Below are positions 14,369 through 16,196 of a stretch of 16,196 bases of DNA, one piece after another. The position numbers and the translations under genes are program-made. The notes under the pieces were generated by a model that made no database searches, was not told the origin of the DNA, and saw only the letters and a list, made by a program, of their open reading frames with translations. The DNA is from a bacterium (GTDB taxonomy: Bacteria; Muiribacteriota; UBA6191): contig JAYZAC010000096.1 in assembly GCA_036339875.1 (NCBI GenBank), positions 1 through 16,196 of the forward strand, read 5' to 3'. How positions within the stretch are numbered: position 1 is the stretch's first letter; the number at the start of each line of letters is the position of its first letter.

Positions 14369-16192
14369 CTAACTTAATTCTGATTTACAAATTTCATATA
14401 CATTTGCAGGTACGGTTTTACCTTTAACCGTTGTTTCTAAAAGAAACTGATATTCAAATTCTTCACTCAGGTAGTTCTTTGTGGAATCGGTAAAAAGTAT
14501 TCCACTCTGCTTACCTTCCTTACTTAAGGATTCAACTCTTGCAGCTAAGTTTACAGCATCCCCCAGCACTGTTCGAGATAATTGCTTTTTATTACCAACA
14601 TTACCTACTACAGTAAGTCCCGTGCTTATGCCAAAGCCAGCATAAAATTCGGGCATTTTAGCCGCGAGCATTTCTTCTCTAATACCCTTGAGTCGACGTT
14701 GCATGCTTATGGCCGCACTAACGGCTCCTTCAGCACCATTAACTTGATTATCATGTTCAAAAACAGCCATGATGCAATCTCCAATAATTTTATCTAGAGA
14801 ACCACCATTTATTGCTATCCAAGGTATCATTTGATCGAAATAATAATTTAAGGCTTCTATAATAGTACTCGGGTCAGTAGATTCACAAATGCTAGTGAAG
14901 GAACGGATATCACTAAACATAATCGTGACAATTTTTTTCTCACCTTTCGTAGAAAGCTGTTTTGAACCATCAGTAACCGCCTCTACCTCTCGCAATTCCA
15001 TACCAGTTAAAAAATGACTCATCGTTTCTTTCTGTCGCAGACCATTAACCATGTCATTAAAAGTATGCGAAAGCATTCCGATTTCATCCCTAGATTGAAT
15101 TTCTACTTTTACATCAAGTTTTCCCGAACCTACAGATTCAAAGCCCGCAGCCAGAATACCAAGAGGCTTCACAATCTTTCCTGATAAAAAAAATGAGATT
15201 AAAATAGCTAAAATGAGGGCTAATAAAGTTAATGTTCCCATACTGATGTACAGACTATGAATTTTCTTACGAAAAGGTACAAGATCTGTCATAACTACTA
15301 GCAGGCCTAGACCTTTTCCACTGGCATTTTTCAATAATTGGAGGCTACTTGCATAAGATTCATTTTCTATTTTTATATTACTAGAAGCTTTCGCCATTTT
15401 GATGGCAGATTCCATTTGTGATTTATCAACTAGAGAATAAAACGGAGTTTTTTTCAAAGTTGTTTCATAAACTTTATATGGATTTGAGAAATTCAATACA
15501 GTAATTTCATCAGCAAGAGTAACTTTTTGAAGTTCTTCCACTGTTATTCTATCAATTTTGTCACCTAAAATAAGAATTCCTAAGTAATTGCCCTCATCAT
15601 CCACTACAGGAGTTGAAACAACCTGATACAAAGAATCTTTAAATTCAATCAAATCATCATAAACACTTTTATTATCAATTCGTTTCAGCAATGTTTCAGG
15701 CAAATTATCATTCATATGGACCCAAAACATTGGTTTTTTTGCTAGATCTTCGGCTTGCGTTTGTGACCATCTTAATGGTTTATCAAAGCCTGTTACTTGT
15801 CCTAAAATAGGTAAACCACTGTCATTCGCAATTATCAATAAATCAGCTCCAGACAATTGATACTCTGTATTCATTGAATCTTCTAAAGTAGCCGCGTCTT
15901 TGAGTCCCCAAATTAAACCCTGCTTAAAACGTGGACTCAACAAAATACTATCAAGAACCGCTTTTAATCTACTTACCTGTAACTCAACAACTTTATCGTA
16001 AGTTTCTTTAGTTACTGCTTGCCGTTCTTTTATTCGCTGCGTTACTTCTGATTGGAAGAAAAACGTAAAGTATCCAATACTTATAATCATAACCAGAATC
16101 AGTACGCTCAAACTGCCTGTAAGAATCTTATATTTCAAACTAAAACTGGGAACCTGTGGGGTTTTCTTGGGATCAGATACTGGGTTATTCAT
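14369..16192 (-). CDS. Membrane-bound class III adenylate cyclase: TM, extracytoplasmic Cache-like sensor, TM, HAMP, catalytic domain
   Basis: Two TM helices and a HAMP segment (IVKPL...SRDEIGMLSHTFNDM). Catalytic motifs MFSDIRSFT, DKIIGDCIMA and TVLGDAVNLAARVE. The Lys/Thr substrate-specifying pair is of the class IIIb adenylate cyclase type. The start is 4 nt from the window edge. Confidence 0.93.
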   Translation of the reverse strand: MNNPVSDPKKTPQVPSFSLKYKILTGSLSVLILVMIISIGYFTFFFQSEVTQRIKERQAVTKETYDKVVELQVSRLKAVLDSILLSPRFKQGLIWGLKDAATLEDSMNTEYQLSGADLLIIANDSGLPILGQVTGFDKPLRWSQTQAEDLAKKPMFWVHMNDNLPETLLKRIDNKSVYDDLIEFKDSLYQVVSTPVVDDEGNYLGILILGDKIDRITVEELQKVTLADEITVLNFSNPYKVYETTLKKTPFYSLVDKSQMESAIKMAKASSNIKIENESYASSLQLLKNASGKGLGLLVVMTDLVPFRKKIHSLYISMGTLTLLALILAILISFFLSGKIVKPLGILAAGFESVGSGKLDVKVEIQSRDEIGMLSHTFNDMVNGLRQKETMSHFLTGMELREVEAVTDGSKQLSTKGEKKIVTIMFSDIRSFTSICESTDPSTIIEALNYYFDQMIPWIAINGGSLDKIIGDCIMAVFEHDNQVNGAEGAVSAAISMQRRLKGIREEMLAAKMPEFYAGFGISTGLTVVGNVGNKKQLSRTVLGDAVNLAARVESLSKEGKQSGILFTDSTKNYLSEEFEYQFLLETTVKGKTVPANVYEICKSELS

Positions 16193-16196
16193 ACAA

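Noticed and set aside
139..14797. Short alternative-frame ORFs (139-372, 1449-1772, 1697-1879, 4782-4967, 5174-5377, 5785-5982, 5969-6160, 9719-9946, 13180-13380, 13852-14109, 14582-14797)
   Set aside because: All lie within or opposite better-supported genes and show no motifs; they are shadow ORFs.
1..16196. CRISPR arrays, tRNA/rRNA genes, IS elements, integrases or phage genes
   Set aside because: No spaced direct repeats or transposase/integrase motifs were seen. The intergenic gaps are short (the longest is 156 nt) and show no tRNA-like pattern.

Overview
AT-rich, gene-dense bacterial window with about 14 CDS and no rRNA, tRNA, CRISPR array or mobile element that I can see. The left half looks accessory. 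It holds a + strand operon: a very acidic helical protein whose frame continues upstream past a single TAA at 43-45, a protein with an unknown N-terminal domain fused to a ferritin-like diiron-carboxylate domain, and two translationally coupled 2-TM membrane proteins. This operon converges on a flavin-dependent halogenase, which sits head-to-head with a glutathione S-transferase, followed by an iron-containing alcohol dehydrogenase. The right half is more housekeeping or regulatory: a DUF2225 zinc-ribbon protein, a coiled-coil protein, a secreted all-TPR protein, hisS with an O-methyltransferase, a hypothetical protein and a membrane HAMP class III adenylate cyclase. The best leads are the orphan halogenase/diiron/GST/Fe-ADH neighbourhood, very compact divergent promoters with leaderless-transcript geometry, and a hairpin that sequesters the RBS of the TPR gene. 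All family calls come from motifs read by eye; no database searches were run.
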